Shown here in pieces: positions 17,300-25,752 of a DNA stretch of 57,844 bases; within the stretch, counting starts at the first letter, position 1; every line of letters starts with the position of its first letter. The translations under genes and the position numbers were made by a program. Source of the stretch: Acutalibacteraceae bacterium (GTDB taxonomy: Bacteria > Bacillota > Clostridia > Oscillospirales > Acutalibacteraceae); the NCBI GenBank assembly GCA_045655165.1, contig JAZOOT010000009.1:1-57844 (forward strand). Direction: 5' to 3'. Below the pieces are notes generated by a model. The model worked only from the letters and a program-made list of their open reading frames with translations. It was not told where the DNA came from and did no database searches.

Positions 17300-19912
17300 T
17301 TATTTTGCTTTTAAGTGGTTATAAATGCTGTGACCTAATTTTACTGCTTCGCCGCTAATAAACGGTATAACCGATAAAATTACGCCTTTTATAAATAAAG
17401 AAAAACTAATTGGTGTAAGACCTATTATGTTTCCAACAGGAGAAACGGTAAATAACGTGATAACAACAGGGCACAAAGCAAGGGGAATGTTAATTGAAGA
17501 CTTCATAAAATGTTTTATTTTAAAGAAGTATTCGTGGTATTTAACACTAAACATATTAAAGAATTGTGACAAACTTAAAACCAAAAAAGTAATTGTTCTT
17601 GAAGTTTCTGCACTTTCTTTGCTACCAAAATAAAATGCAAAAAGTGAAACAAAAGAAATTACTACTGCCTGAACGGCAATGGTGGTTATAGATTTGTTAT
17701 CAAAAATTTTTCTGTTGTTAGAAACCGTTGCCAAGTTTTTGCGATTTTTAACATTATCTGAAATAATGCTAAATACGGGGAAAGAATCGGTTAATAGATT
17801 TATTATAAGTAATTCTACTGCAATAACAGGGAACTGCTTGAATAAAATTAGAGAAAATAGAATAGTTAAATATTCGCCAATATTGCAACTAAGTAAATAT
17901 GTAACTGCATTTTTTAAAGCCGAAAGCAACTGCTTTGAAACCGTTATTGCATTTATTATTGAACGGTAGCTTGTGTTTCTTAAAAGGATATCAGCAGCAC
18001 CGCGCGCTACGTCTGTTCCGGTGTTTTCCATTGCAATACCAATATCGGCGTTTTTTAGTGCCGGTGCTTCTTTTACGTCGTCACCCGTAACGGCGACAAC
18101 TTCTCCAAGTTCTTTATATGTGTTAACAATTTGCTCTTTGTCTTGTGGGAACAAACGGGCAAATACACTATAATTATTAATATTACTTAAAACATTGTCA
18201 TCTACTTGGTCGGCTAACAGTGTGCCGTCTTTAAAAATGCCTAATCTTCGCGCAACAGAAGAAGCGGTATCGGTTTGGTCGCCTGTAAGCATAACGGTTT
18301 TAATGCCCGAAATTAAGGCGTTTTCAATAAGTGAAACTATTCCGTTTTCAAGAGAATCTTTAAGTGCAATAAGACCCATAAAATGCAAATCGGTAATTAG
18401 TTCGTCTTCGCTTAAAAGGGAAGGTATTTCATTTAACTGTTTATACGCAACCGCAATAACGCGCAAACCTTTTTTGGCATATTTTTTAATTTGCTTTTCA
18501 ACAAGTTCTTTATTAACGTTTGTGCAAAGTGGAAGTATGTAGTCATAAGAACCCTTGGTAGAAGCAATAGGTACACCGTCAACAATATTAATACTTGTCA
18601 TTGCTTTGTTTTCGTGGCTAAAAGGTATTTTAGAAACACGAGGATATTTGTTCCAAAAATCTTCGGTTGCTTCGCCCGAAATTTTTGTGCAAAGGTCAAC
18701 TATTGCAACTTCGGTTGAATCGTTATACATTGTATTGTCAAGGTCGTCGGGGGTTTGGTTTGTGCAAAGGGAGGCAAGTTTTAACATAATGTCGGAAGCC
18801 GAATCGCTTAAAATATTTTCGGCTTTAATTTCTTTGTGGCCGTCAAAAACGCTTACAACTTTCATATTATTGGTGGTAAGTATGCCTGTTTTGTCGCTTA
18901 AAATAACCGAAACATCAGGCAGTTTGTTGAATACATCAAGGTTTTTGATAATAATGCCGTCATTAAGCAAACGCAAAACCGAAAGCGAAACAGCAATTCC
19001 TGCAACCAACGGCAAACCTTCGGGTAAAACCGAAATAAGAAGCGCAGCGGAATTAACCAAAGCTTCGCTAAGCATAACGGCAAATTGCTGACCATTATGG
19101 AAGTTAATTAAAAGCGAAATTAAAAATACAAGAATACAGCCAATAAGCATAATTATTCCTGCAATTTTACCAATTGACGCAAGATGCTCTTTAACGTTAA
19201 TATTTATTGAATCGTACTGATGAAGCACGCTTACTTGTTTGCCAATTTCACAGTTCATTCCTGTTTCGGTAACAACTGCCTTTGCTTTACCACTTAAAAC
19301 ACTGCTGCCTGAATAAACCATATTTACGCGGTTGTTTATATCAACAATATCTTCTAAAACTGCATAGTGGTCTTTAATAACGGGTACAGTTTCGCCGGTA
19401 ACAAATTTTTCATCGCATCTAAAGCCGTCGCATTCAATTAAACGCGCGTCGGCTGGTATGTAATCGCCCGCTTCAAGCAAAATAATATCACCCGGTACAA
19501 GCAATGATGAATCAATTTTTTTAACAACCGAATCTCTAATCACCGTTGCCTTTGGTGTGGCTTTGTTTCGCATATTTTCAATAACTTTTTCGCATTTTCT
19601 GTATGAAAAAGCATTCATAAAAACATAAAAAGCAACAACAAAAAATGAAGCAATGGGGAAGAATAATTTTGAATTATCGTACACAAAGTAAATTATAAAC
19701 GAAAGCAAACTTGCAATAATAATAAGCGCGTTGCTGTAATTTTTTGCATACTTAAAAACTGTGTCTTTTAAAGAGTTCTTCTTTGTCACCCTTACGGTGT
19801 TGTTGCCGTATTCCGCAAGGCGCGTTTCAGCAACACCTGTGGGCAGGCCTGTTTTGGTATCAACACCTAAAAAAGCAGTTACTTTTTCCGCTTCGTTACT
19901 ATGCCAAATCAT
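17300..19912 (-). CDS. P-type (P2-like, Ca2+/cation) ATPase with divergent catalytic motifs
   Basis: 870 aa. TGET, PEGLP, DKTGILT (not DKTGTLT), MLTGDQ, TGDDVKEAPALKNADIGIAM (not GDGxNDxP). Confidence 0.8.
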   Translation of the reverse strand: MIWHSNEAEKVTAFLGVDTKTGLPTGVAETRLAEYGNNTVRVTKKNSLKDTVFKYAKNYSNALIIIASLLSFIIYFVYDNSKLFFPIASFFVVAFYVFMNAFSYRKCEKVIENMRNKATPKATVIRDSVVKKIDSSLLVPGDIILLEAGDYIPADARLIECDGFRCDEKFVTGETVPVIKDHYAVLEDIVDINNRVNMVYSGSSVLSGKAKAVVTETGMNCEIGKQVSVLHQYDSININVKEHLASIGKIAGIIMLIGCILVFLISLLINFHNGQQFAVMLSEALVNSAALLISVLPEGLPLVAGIAVSLSVLRLLNDGIIIKNLDVFNKLPDVSVILSDKTGILTTNNMKVVSVFDGHKEIKAENILSDSASDIMLKLASLCTNQTPDDLDNTMYNDSTEVAIVDLCTKISGEATEDFWNKYPRVSKIPFSHENKAMTSINIVDGVPIASTKGSYDYILPLCTNVNKELVEKQIKKYAKKGLRVIAVAYKQLNEIPSLLSEDELITDLHFMGLIALKDSLENGIVSLIENALISGIKTVMLTGDQTDTASSVARRLGIFKDGTLLADQVDDNVLSNINNYSVFARLFPQDKEQIVNTYKELGEVVAVTGDDVKEAPALKNADIGIAMENTGTDVARGAADILLRNTSYRSIINAITVSKQLLSALKNAVTYLLSCNIGEYLTILFSLILFKQFPVIAVELLIINLLTDSFPVFSIISDNVKNRKNLATVSNNRKIFDNKSITTIAVQAVVISFVSLFAFYFGSKESAETSRTITFLVLSLSQFFNMFSVKYHEYFFKIKHFMKSSINIPLALCPVVITLFTVSPVGNIIGLTPISFSLFIKGVILSVIPFISGEAVKLGHSIYNHLKAK

Positions 19913-19945
19913 AAAAAGTTCTCCTTTTATAATTGAATTATTTAC

Positions 19946-19975
19946 TAATTATACTATAAATAATTTAGTAAATCA
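19946..19975 (-). promoter_or_regulatory. sigma-A-like promoter of the ATPase gene
   Basis: On the minus strand: TTGATT (complement of 19970-19975), 18-nt spacer, TATAAT (complement of 19946-19951). AAAGGAGA SD precedes the ATG. Confidence 0.4.
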
Positions 19976-19984
19976 ATAAAAAGG

Positions 19985-20013
19985 TTGGCAAACAGTTTTA
20001 TATGTGCTATAAT
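19985..20013 (+). promoter_or_regulatory. sigma-A-like promoter of prmA-prfB
   Basis: TTGGCA 19985-19990, 17-nt spacer, TATAAT 20008-20013. Confidence 0.45.
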
Positions 20014-20041
20014 TACCTTAATTGTGAATTGGAGTAGTGTT

Positions 20042-20974
20042 ATGGATTGGTTTGAAATTGTTGTAAAAGTTCCTACACCTTTTATTGAAGAGGTGGCCGC
20101 CATTGCTAATATGACGGTTGATTACGGTGTTTATATTGAAGATTATTCCGATTTGGAAACGGTTGCGCCCGAAATTGCACATATTGATTTAATTGATGAT
20201 AATCTTTTAAAAATGGACAAAGCAAATTCCTTTATTCATATTTATATAAACAAAGAGGATAATGTAAAGGAAGCATTGTTTTACTTGGAAAATCGTTTAA
20301 AAAGCAGCGATATTCCTTACGAGGTTTCAACTAATACCACAGCGGATATTAATTGGAACGAATATTGGAAAACTTTTTTCCATACAACGCTTATTGGAAA
20401 TAATTTGGCTGTTGTACCAAGTTGGGAAGAATATGAAAACACTGAAAATCGCGCTGTTTTAAAAATTAACCCGGGTGCTGCATTCGGCACAGGTACACAC
20501 GCAACAACTTCACTTTGCTTATCAATGCTTGAAAAAATTGTTAAGGGAAGTGAAAAGGTGTTAGATATTGGCTGCGGCAGCGGTATTTTGGCAATTGCTT
20601 CGGTTTTATTAGGCGCAAAAAAAGCTTTAGGTGTGGATATTGATGAAACTGCTGTTAAGGTCGCTAAGGAAAACGCAGCATTAAATGGAGTTTTGGAAAG
20701 TACTGAATTTATTGTTGGCGATTTAGCCGAAAAGGTTTGCGGTACTTACGATATTATTACCGCTAATATTGTTGCTGACGTTATAATTCGCCTTTTAGAA
20801 ACTATTGACGTTTATATGCACAAAAACACGCGCGTAATTCTTTCGGGTATACTTGATTTAAGGGCAAATGATGTTATAAAAGCAATAAACAATTTTGGCT
20901 TTAATGTTGAATTAGAACTTAAAAAAGACAATTGGTATGCTTTTATGATTACAAAGGAAGAGGTTAGTATTTAA
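20042..20974 (+). CDS. prmA: ribosomal protein L11 methyltransferase
   Basis: MDWFEIVV..., FGTGTHATT, VLDIGCGSGILAI. ATG 20042 is preferred over the upstream track start. Confidence 0.85.
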   Translation: MDWFEIVVKVPTPFIEEVAAIANMTVDYGVYIEDYSDLETVAPEIAHIDLIDDNLLKMDKANSFIHIYINKEDNVKEALFYLENRLKSSDIPYEVSTNTTADINWNEYWKTFFHTTLIGNNLAVVPSWEEYENTENRAVLKINPGAAFGTGTHATTSLCLSMLEKIVKGSEKVLDIGCGSGILAIASVLLGAKKALGVDIDETAVKVAKENAALNGVLESTEFIVGDLAEKVCGTYDIITANIVADVIIRLLETIDVYMHKNTRVILSGILDLRANDVIKAINNFGFNVELELKKDNWYAFMITKEEVSI

Positions 20975-22089
20975 TGCTTCAGCTTGATGAATTTAAACTA
21001 CAGCTTGAAGGGCATAGAGAAGAATTGGTGGATTTAAAAGATGCCATTGGTTACGAACCCACAAAGCTTGAAATTGATAGACTTGAATATAAAACTGCCG
21101 AAAACGGATTTTGGGATAACCCCGAAGCTTCGGCTGACGTGTTGCAAAAATTAGGCGCACTAAAAAATAAAATTGAAAGTTACGATAAACTTTATTCTAC
21201 TTTTGAAGACACTTTGGTTTTAATTGATTTGGCTAACGAAGAAAACGATGAGTCAATGATTGAAGAAATTGAAAATTCAATAAATGATTTTGAAGCAGAA
21301 CTTGAAAAACAGCGTCTTCAAACTTTGCTTGTTGGGGAATATGATAACAATAATGCAATTTTAACATTCCATGCAGGCGCAGGAGGTACAGAAGCGCAAG
21401 ACTGGAACCAAATGCTTGTAAGGTTATTTACACGTTGGGGTGAAAGGCACGGCTTTAAAACTTCGCTTGTTGACTTTTTAGATGGTGATGAAGCCGGACT
21501 TAAAAGTGCAACTTTAAGAATTGAAGGCGAAAACGCTTACGGTTATTTAAAAAGCGAACACGGTGTTCATCGTTTGGTTAGGGTTTCGCCGTTTGACGCT
21601 TCGGGCAGACGCCACACATCGTTCGCTTCAATTGAAGTTATGCCTGAAATTAGCGATGATGTTGAGGTTGATATTAGGGAAGAAGATTTAAAAATTGATA
21701 CCTACCGTTCAAGCGGTGCGGGTGGTCAACACATTAACAAAACTTCTTCGGCAGTGCGTATTACACATATTCCAACAGGAATTGTTGTTGCCAGCCAAAC
21801 TGAAAGAAGCCAATTTCAAAATAAAGATACATGTATGCGAATGCTTCGTTCAAAACTTATTGAAATTAAAGAGCGCGAGCACCTTGATAAAATTGAAGAT
21901 ATTAAGGGCGTTCAGAAAGAAATTGCTTGGGGTTCACAAATTCGTTCTTATGTATTTATGCCTTACACTTTGGTTAAGGATAACAGAACCGGGTTTGAAT
22001 ATTCTAATATAAATGCGGTTATGGACGGAGATATTGATGGGTTTATAAATGCCTATTTAAAAGCATTTGTTGCAGATACTTTAAATTGA
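20974..22089 (+). CDS. prfB: peptide chain release factor 2 (single ORF, no programmed frameshift)
   Basis: SPF tripeptide (RVSPFDA) and GGQ (SGAGGQHINKT). TAATG overlap with prmA. Confidence 0.9.
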   Translation: MLQLDEFKLQLEGHREELVDLKDAIGYEPTKLEIDRLEYKTAENGFWDNPEASADVLQKLGALKNKIESYDKLYSTFEDTLVLIDLANEENDESMIEEIENSINDFEAELEKQRLQTLLVGEYDNNNAILTFHAGAGGTEAQDWNQMLVRLFTRWGERHGFKTSLVDFLDGDEAGLKSATLRIEGENAYGYLKSEHGVHRLVRVSPFDASGRRHTSFASIEVMPEISDDVEVDIREEDLKIDTYRSSGAGGQHINKTSSAVRITHIPTGIVVASQTERSQFQNKDTCMRMLRSKLIEIKEREHLDKIEDIKGVQKEIAWGSQIRSYVFMPYTLVKDNRTGFEYSNINAVMDGDIDGFINAYLKAFVADTLN

Positions 22090-22102
22090 TAGGAGTTTAA
22101 TT

Positions 22103-23098
22103 ATGAAAAAATTTGTTGCATTATTACTTTGTTTTTTACTTGTTTTTTCACTTTGCGCTTGCGGTGTAAAATATGGCCGCGAAAATTACAAAAAAGGCCT
22201 TAAAGATTATGTTACGCTTCCTGAATTAAAAGGTGTTAAATTTACTGAAGAAGACCAACAGTATAAAGATTATTATGCTAATTATTTAAAAACTGATTTA
22301 GAACGTTTTAGCCAAAAGCTTGAAACAGGCGAAGTGGCAAACGGCGACATCGCAAATATTAACTATAAGGGCATGGTTAACGGTGTTGCTTTTTCGGGCG
22401 GTACAGCAGAAAACCATAATCTTACTATTGGCTCGGGTCAGTTTATTGACGGATTTGAAGAACAACTTATTGGGCAAAAGGTTGGCGAAACAAAAACCAT
22501 TACTGTAAAATTTCCTGAAGGTTACGGTAATTCAACCGATTTAGAAACACAAAAAGAGGTAATTGTACTTTCGGGCAAAGAAGCACAGTTTGAAGTTAAA
22601 ATTAACTATATAACAAGGGCTGCAAGCGAACTTTCTTCTGATAACCTTAAAGAACTTGGTTACGAAACAAAAGAAAAGTACCTTGAAGACGTACACAGCG
22701 GAACAATTAAAAATTGCTATTACTCTTATTTAATGCAAAACAGCATTGTTGAAGATTATCCTCCCGAAAGTCACGGCACCTTGTTCCAGTATTATAAAGA
22801 ATACTATACAAATTATGCAAAGCAAAACAACGCTTCTTTTGAATCGTTCCTTTCCGGGAATAACCTTACCGAAGAAAAATTCCGTGAAGAAGTTTTGGCT
22901 GAATCTCTTGTTATGTATGCTTGTTTTGATGAGCTTAAATTAAAACTTGGCGAAAATGCAATTAACGAAGAATACGATAAAATTTGTAAAGAACTTGGCG
23001 TTTCGCTTGAAGTTGCGCAAGAACAATATCCAGTTGAAATTGTTGAATCACAATTAGTTACTTTAGCAGTGCTAGATAAATTTTATGAAGGTGTTTAA
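22103..23098 (+). CDS. lipoprotein with trigger-factor-like FKBP PPIase and C-terminal chaperone-like domain
   Basis: Signal with lipobox (LVFSLCACG). GDIANINYKG...LTIGSGQFIDGFEEQLIGQKVGE...VKFPEGY...AQFEVKINYI matches the trigger factor PPIase pattern. Confidence 0.65.
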   Translation: MKKFVALLLCFLLVFSLCACGVKYGRENYKKGLKDYVTLPELKGVKFTEEDQQYKDYYANYLKTDLERFSQKLETGEVANGDIANINYKGMVNGVAFSGGTAENHNLTIGSGQFIDGFEEQLIGQKVGETKTITVKFPEGYGNSTDLETQKEVIVLSGKEAQFEVKINYITRAASELSSDNLKELGYETKEKYLEDVHSGTIKNCYYSYLMQNSIVEDYPPESHGTLFQYYKEYYTNYAKQNNASFESFLSGNNLTEEKFREEVLAESLVMYACFDELKLKLGENAINEEYDKICKELGVSLEVAQEQYPVEIVESQLVTLAVLDKFYEGV

Positions 23099-23100
23099 TC

Positions 23101-23133
23101 AAAAAAAGGTAGTGCATTTGCACTACCTTTTTA
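23101..23133. terminator. bidirectional intrinsic terminator
   Basis: GGTAGTGC (23108-23115) / GCACTACC (23120-27), flanked by an A-run and a T-run. Sits between convergent genes. Confidence 0.7.
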
Positions 23134-23820
23134 GTTTAATCCAAAATTAAACAGGTCGTCGGCAATTCCGTCGGTTCCGGCTTCTGTAACGTTTGTATAT
23201 GCATCTGGAGTAATTCCAACAATAACTGTTTGTGCAGCTATAGCGGTAATTTCGCTTGTAAATGAACTGTTATACCATGGAATTAGAACCTTGCCGTTCA
23301 TTTTAATTCTTATAATTATTTGATGCAAAACTTGGTTGATTCCCGCATCTACAAAATTACTTTCAAAGTCCGCAATAACTGTTCCCGCCAAATTCATTTT
23401 AAAAGGAATTTTAGGACCGCGACCCACGGTAAACTCGTAGCCCAAAAAAGTTCCTATTGGTACCTTAATTAAGTAATTAGACCTATTTAGTAGTTTTTCG
23501 TTAATTTTAACCGATATTTTTGAACGTATTAAATTTAGTTTTTCAATGCCTATTTCAAGCGAAGTAACTCTGCCAGTGTCATCTCGGCTAAGTTTTACAA
23601 TATCTCCGTACGAAAGCGAATTTTCTTCAAAAAGTTCGGTTATTGATTCGTTAGCAACATTTATTAAAATGTTTTGCGCGTATGAGGTTGAATAATCGTC
23701 TAATATTTTTCTTATACGGCTGTCACCAAAAATAATGATAATTATTAAAATAACGGAAAGAAAAATTGTAAGTAAAATTTTCTTTTTGCTGTGTCTTTTT
23801 CTTTTGCTGTATATGTACAT
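23131..23820 (-). CDS. yunB: sporulation protein YunB
   Basis: N-terminal TM. IKVPIGTFLG...GPKIPFKMNLAGTV...AGINQVLHQI...VLIP...TVIVGITPDAY parallels B. subtilis YunB. Confidence 0.65.
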   Translation of the reverse strand: MYIYSKRKRHSKKKILLTIFLSVILIIIIIFGDSRIRKILDDYSTSYAQNILINVANESITELFEENSLSYGDIVKLSRDDTGRVTSLEIGIEKLNLIRSKISVKINEKLLNRSNYLIKVPIGTFLGYEFTVGRGPKIPFKMNLAGTVIADFESNFVDAGINQVLHQIIIRIKMNGKVLIPWYNSSFTSEITAIAAQTVIVGITPDAYTNVTEAGTDGIADDLFNFGLN

Positions 23821-23821
23821 A

Positions 23822-23862
23822 AAAACACCTGCCTTTTACATATTACGAAAAAGCAGGTGTTT
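23822..23862 (-). terminator. intrinsic terminator of the cytidylate-kinase-like gene
   Basis: CACCTGC (23826-32) / GCAGGTG (23853-59). A T-run follows on the minus strand. Confidence 0.5.
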
Positions 23863-23872
23863 TGTTATTTAA

Positions 23873-24496
23873 TTAAAGTGTTTCAATGTATTTAATGATA
23901 ATATCAACACAGTTTTCAATACCAATTTTTGAATTAAGGCAAATATCATAAGAATCGGCAACGCCCCAGTTTTTTTCGCAAAAACGGTTATGATAATTTG
24001 TGCGGCGTTTGTCTTCTTTGTTAATAACAGACATTGCACTTTTAATGTCAATATTTTCAACTTCGCTTACACGTTGAGCTCTTGTTTCCTTATCGGCATG
24101 AATAAATACCGAAACAACGTTTTCGTATTCGCTTAAAATATCTTCAGAACATCTGCCAAGAATAACGCAGGGGCCTTCGTTAGCTGCATTTCTAATAATT
24201 TCGGCTTGAAGATTATAAATTTTATCGGAAATATGCAAGTCTTGGTATTCATGAAAGAAATTTGCGTGGCTGTGGCTTCCAAGCGAAAGAGCATAAAGAA
24301 AACTGTTAGTAGGTGCTTCGTCGTGTTCTTTAATAAGCTCAATGTCAAGACCGCTTTCTTGTGCTGCTAAATCTAAAATTTCTTTGTCGTAAAATTTAAC
24401 GCCCAATTTTTCGGCAAGAAGTTTGGCAATGTCACTGCCACGGCTTGCAAATTGACGGCTTACGGTAATAACAGGGTTTTTCATAGTTCTATCCAC
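23873..24496 (-). CDS. cytidylate kinase-like family protein
   Basis: 207 aa. ITVSRQFASRGSDIAKLLAEKLGVKFYDKEIL resembles the clostridial cytidylate-kinase-like family, not canonical Cmk. Confidence 0.55.
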   Translation of the reverse strand: MDRTMKNPVITVSRQFASRGSDIAKLLAEKLGVKFYDKEILDLAAQESGLDIELIKEHDEAPTNSFLYALSLGSHSHANFFHEYQDLHISDKIYNLQAEIIRNAANEGPCVILGRCSEDILSEYENVVSVFIHADKETRAQRVSEVENIDIKSAMSVINKEDKRRTNYHNRFCEKNWGVADSYDICLNSKIGIENCVDIIIKYIETL

Positions 24497-24520
24497 CTTT
24501 TTAAAATTTTCTTTAAAAAT

Positions 24521-24549
24521 ATTCTATCATAAAATACGCAAATTTTCAA
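24521..24549 (-). promoter_or_regulatory. sigma-A-like promoter of the cytidylate-kinase-like gene
   Basis: On the minus strand: TTGAAA, 17-nt spacer, TGA-TAGAAT (extended -10). AAAAGGTGGA SD lies downstream. Confidence 0.45.
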
Positions 24550-24559
24550 GAAATTTATG

Positions 24560-24586
24560 TTGACTTTTATTATTGTGTGATATAAT
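24560..24586 (+). promoter_or_regulatory. promoter of tRNA-Leu
   Basis: TTGACT 24560-24565, short 15-nt spacer, TGA-TATAAT with TATAAT at 24581-24586. Confidence 0.4.
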
Positions 24587-24601
24587 ATATTAAAGGTAAA
24601 T

Positions 24602-24684
24602 GCGGGTGTGGCGGAATTGGCAGACGCACCAGCCTTAGGAGCTGGCGGTTCACCGTGCAGGTTCAACTCCTGTCACCCGCACCA
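24602..24684 (+). tRNA. tRNA-Leu (anticodon TAG), CCA encoded
   Basis: Cloverleaf by eye: acceptor GCGGGTG/CACCCGC, anticodon stem CCAGC/GCTGG with loop CTTAGGA, long variable arm, T-loop TTCAACT. Confidence 0.9.
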
Positions 24685-24695
24685 TATATAAAATT

Positions 24696-24724
24696 AAAAG
24701 CAGGCAATTTGCCTGCTTTTATTA
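24696..24724. terminator. hairpin terminator after tRNA-Leu
   Basis: AAGCAGGCAA / TTGCCTGCTT palindrome at 24698-24717, followed by a T-run. Confidence 0.6.
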
Positions 24725-25100
24725 TTATTCGATAATTCTTTGTTGCCAAGTGTCTGGCAAAGTTTTTCGCAGCGGTTGGCATCCAAGCATACCAGTCGGA
24801 AGGAAGATTAAAACGGCTGTTGTCACCGCCAAGCGTACGTGAATATACAACACCTAAATTTTTAAGAATTTTTTCAATTGTATCATATGTAACATCTGGG
24901 TGCAAAGATGTTATACCTCTATCATCATAGGCAGAACCGCGAACCAAAATACCAAAGCGCTTCTCAAGTTCTAAACGGCAGTTAAGCACATCCTGAATGT
25001 AAGTGCTGCTTGTTACCATGCTGCTGTTTTGTGTGTTGCGCCGTGAATGGCGATTTCGTGACCATTATCTAAATAAATTAAAAAAACTGCAACTGTCAAT
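24725..25100 (-). pseudogene. truncated, frameshifted fragment of a polysaccharide deacetylase-type gene
   Basis: The frame directly after the upstream stop reads IDSCSFLIYLDNGHEIAIHGATHKTAAW then stops at 25015-25013. It continues in another frame as ORF 24663..25019 (STYIQDVLNCRLELEKRFGILVRGSAYDD...WYAWMPT). No N-terminal catalytic part is present. The ORF tail runs through the tRNA terminator and into the tRNA. Confidence 0.5.
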
Positions 25101-25742
25101 TTATATTTTGCGTGTGGTTAGCCATTCAATAGAATTTTCGGGTGATTTTTTTGCATTTTCCGAAGCTTTTCCGCCACTGCGGTAATCAAACATATAACAA
25201 AATTCTTTTAACTCTTTGGTTAGCAAATTAGCTTTCTTTTGGGCTAATTCTACAGTTGCATCAATAAAATCTTTACGTTTCCTTTTGCTAATTTTACCCG
25301 AAACGTTTATAAGTTCTTTGCAGTGTTCAAGGCAAATAAATTCCTGGCAGTTAAACAGGGTACGAAAATCCATTTTCCTTTCCCACAGAACACAAAGATT
25401 ATTTAGAATTTGTGTCATATTATGGTTTAGTTTATCACAAACATAACAGGAAAGTTGACTTTTTGGAGAAGTTAAATATTTGGTGTTTGTTAGGTGTTCA
25501 ATGTGGCTTTGAAGAATTAGTGCAACACTTAGTTTCGGACCGTTTTCTATCATTTGTTTATAATGAAGATTGCAAAAACCTTTTTTATTGGTTTCAATAC
25601 GTATATCGGGTTCCATCATTGCCGCACCCGTTATATATTTAACTGTTCTTTCTTCTAAAATATTTCTAAGACGGCAAATTGGGCAACCGCTTTTTTCTTC
25701 AAAAACTTCGCTAATTGGAATACTTGTAATATCGTCGCGCAT
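25101..25742 (-). CDS. uncharacterised Cys-rich protein (CPIC, CYVC and CxxxxCxxxC clusters)
   Basis: ATG 25742 with AAAGGTGA SD, 10 nt after the GH2 stop. It resembles a clostridial DUF family of about 230 aa (possibly DUF6062, unverified). Confidence 0.6.
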   Translation of the reverse strand: MRDDITSIPISEVFEEKSGCPICRLRNILEERTVKYITGAAMMEPDIRIETNKKGFCNLHYKQMIENGPKLSVALILQSHIEHLTNTKYLTSPKSQLSCYVCDKLNHNMTQILNNLCVLWERKMDFRTLFNCQEFICLEHCKELINVSGKISKRKRKDFIDATVELAQKKANLLTKELKEFCYMFDYRSGGKASENAKKSPENSIEWLTTRKI

Positions 25743-25752
25743 TTTTTCACCT

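Noticed and set aside
18555-19091. 178-aa plus-strand ORF (and several others at 17427-19979) inside the ATPase gene
   Set aside because: These are shadow ORFs antisense to a well-supported 870-aa P-type ATPase, with no SD and no recognisable motifs. The same reasoning applies to the antisense or off-frame ORFs inside polC, rseP, argS, the kinase gene, msmX and ftsX listed in the track.
20974-22089. Programmed +1 frameshift in prfB
   Set aside because: RF2 is encoded as one uninterrupted ORF through the region where the CTT-TGA-C shift site normally lies. No internal stop or SD-like stimulator is present, so there is no frameshift here.
24481-24666. 61-aa minus-strand ORF
   Set aside because: It overlaps the tRNA-Leu gene and its promoter, has no SD, and is an artefact of open frame across an RNA gene. 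The same applies to 36363..36545 (over tRNA-Ser) and 40922..41119 (over tRNA-Pro).
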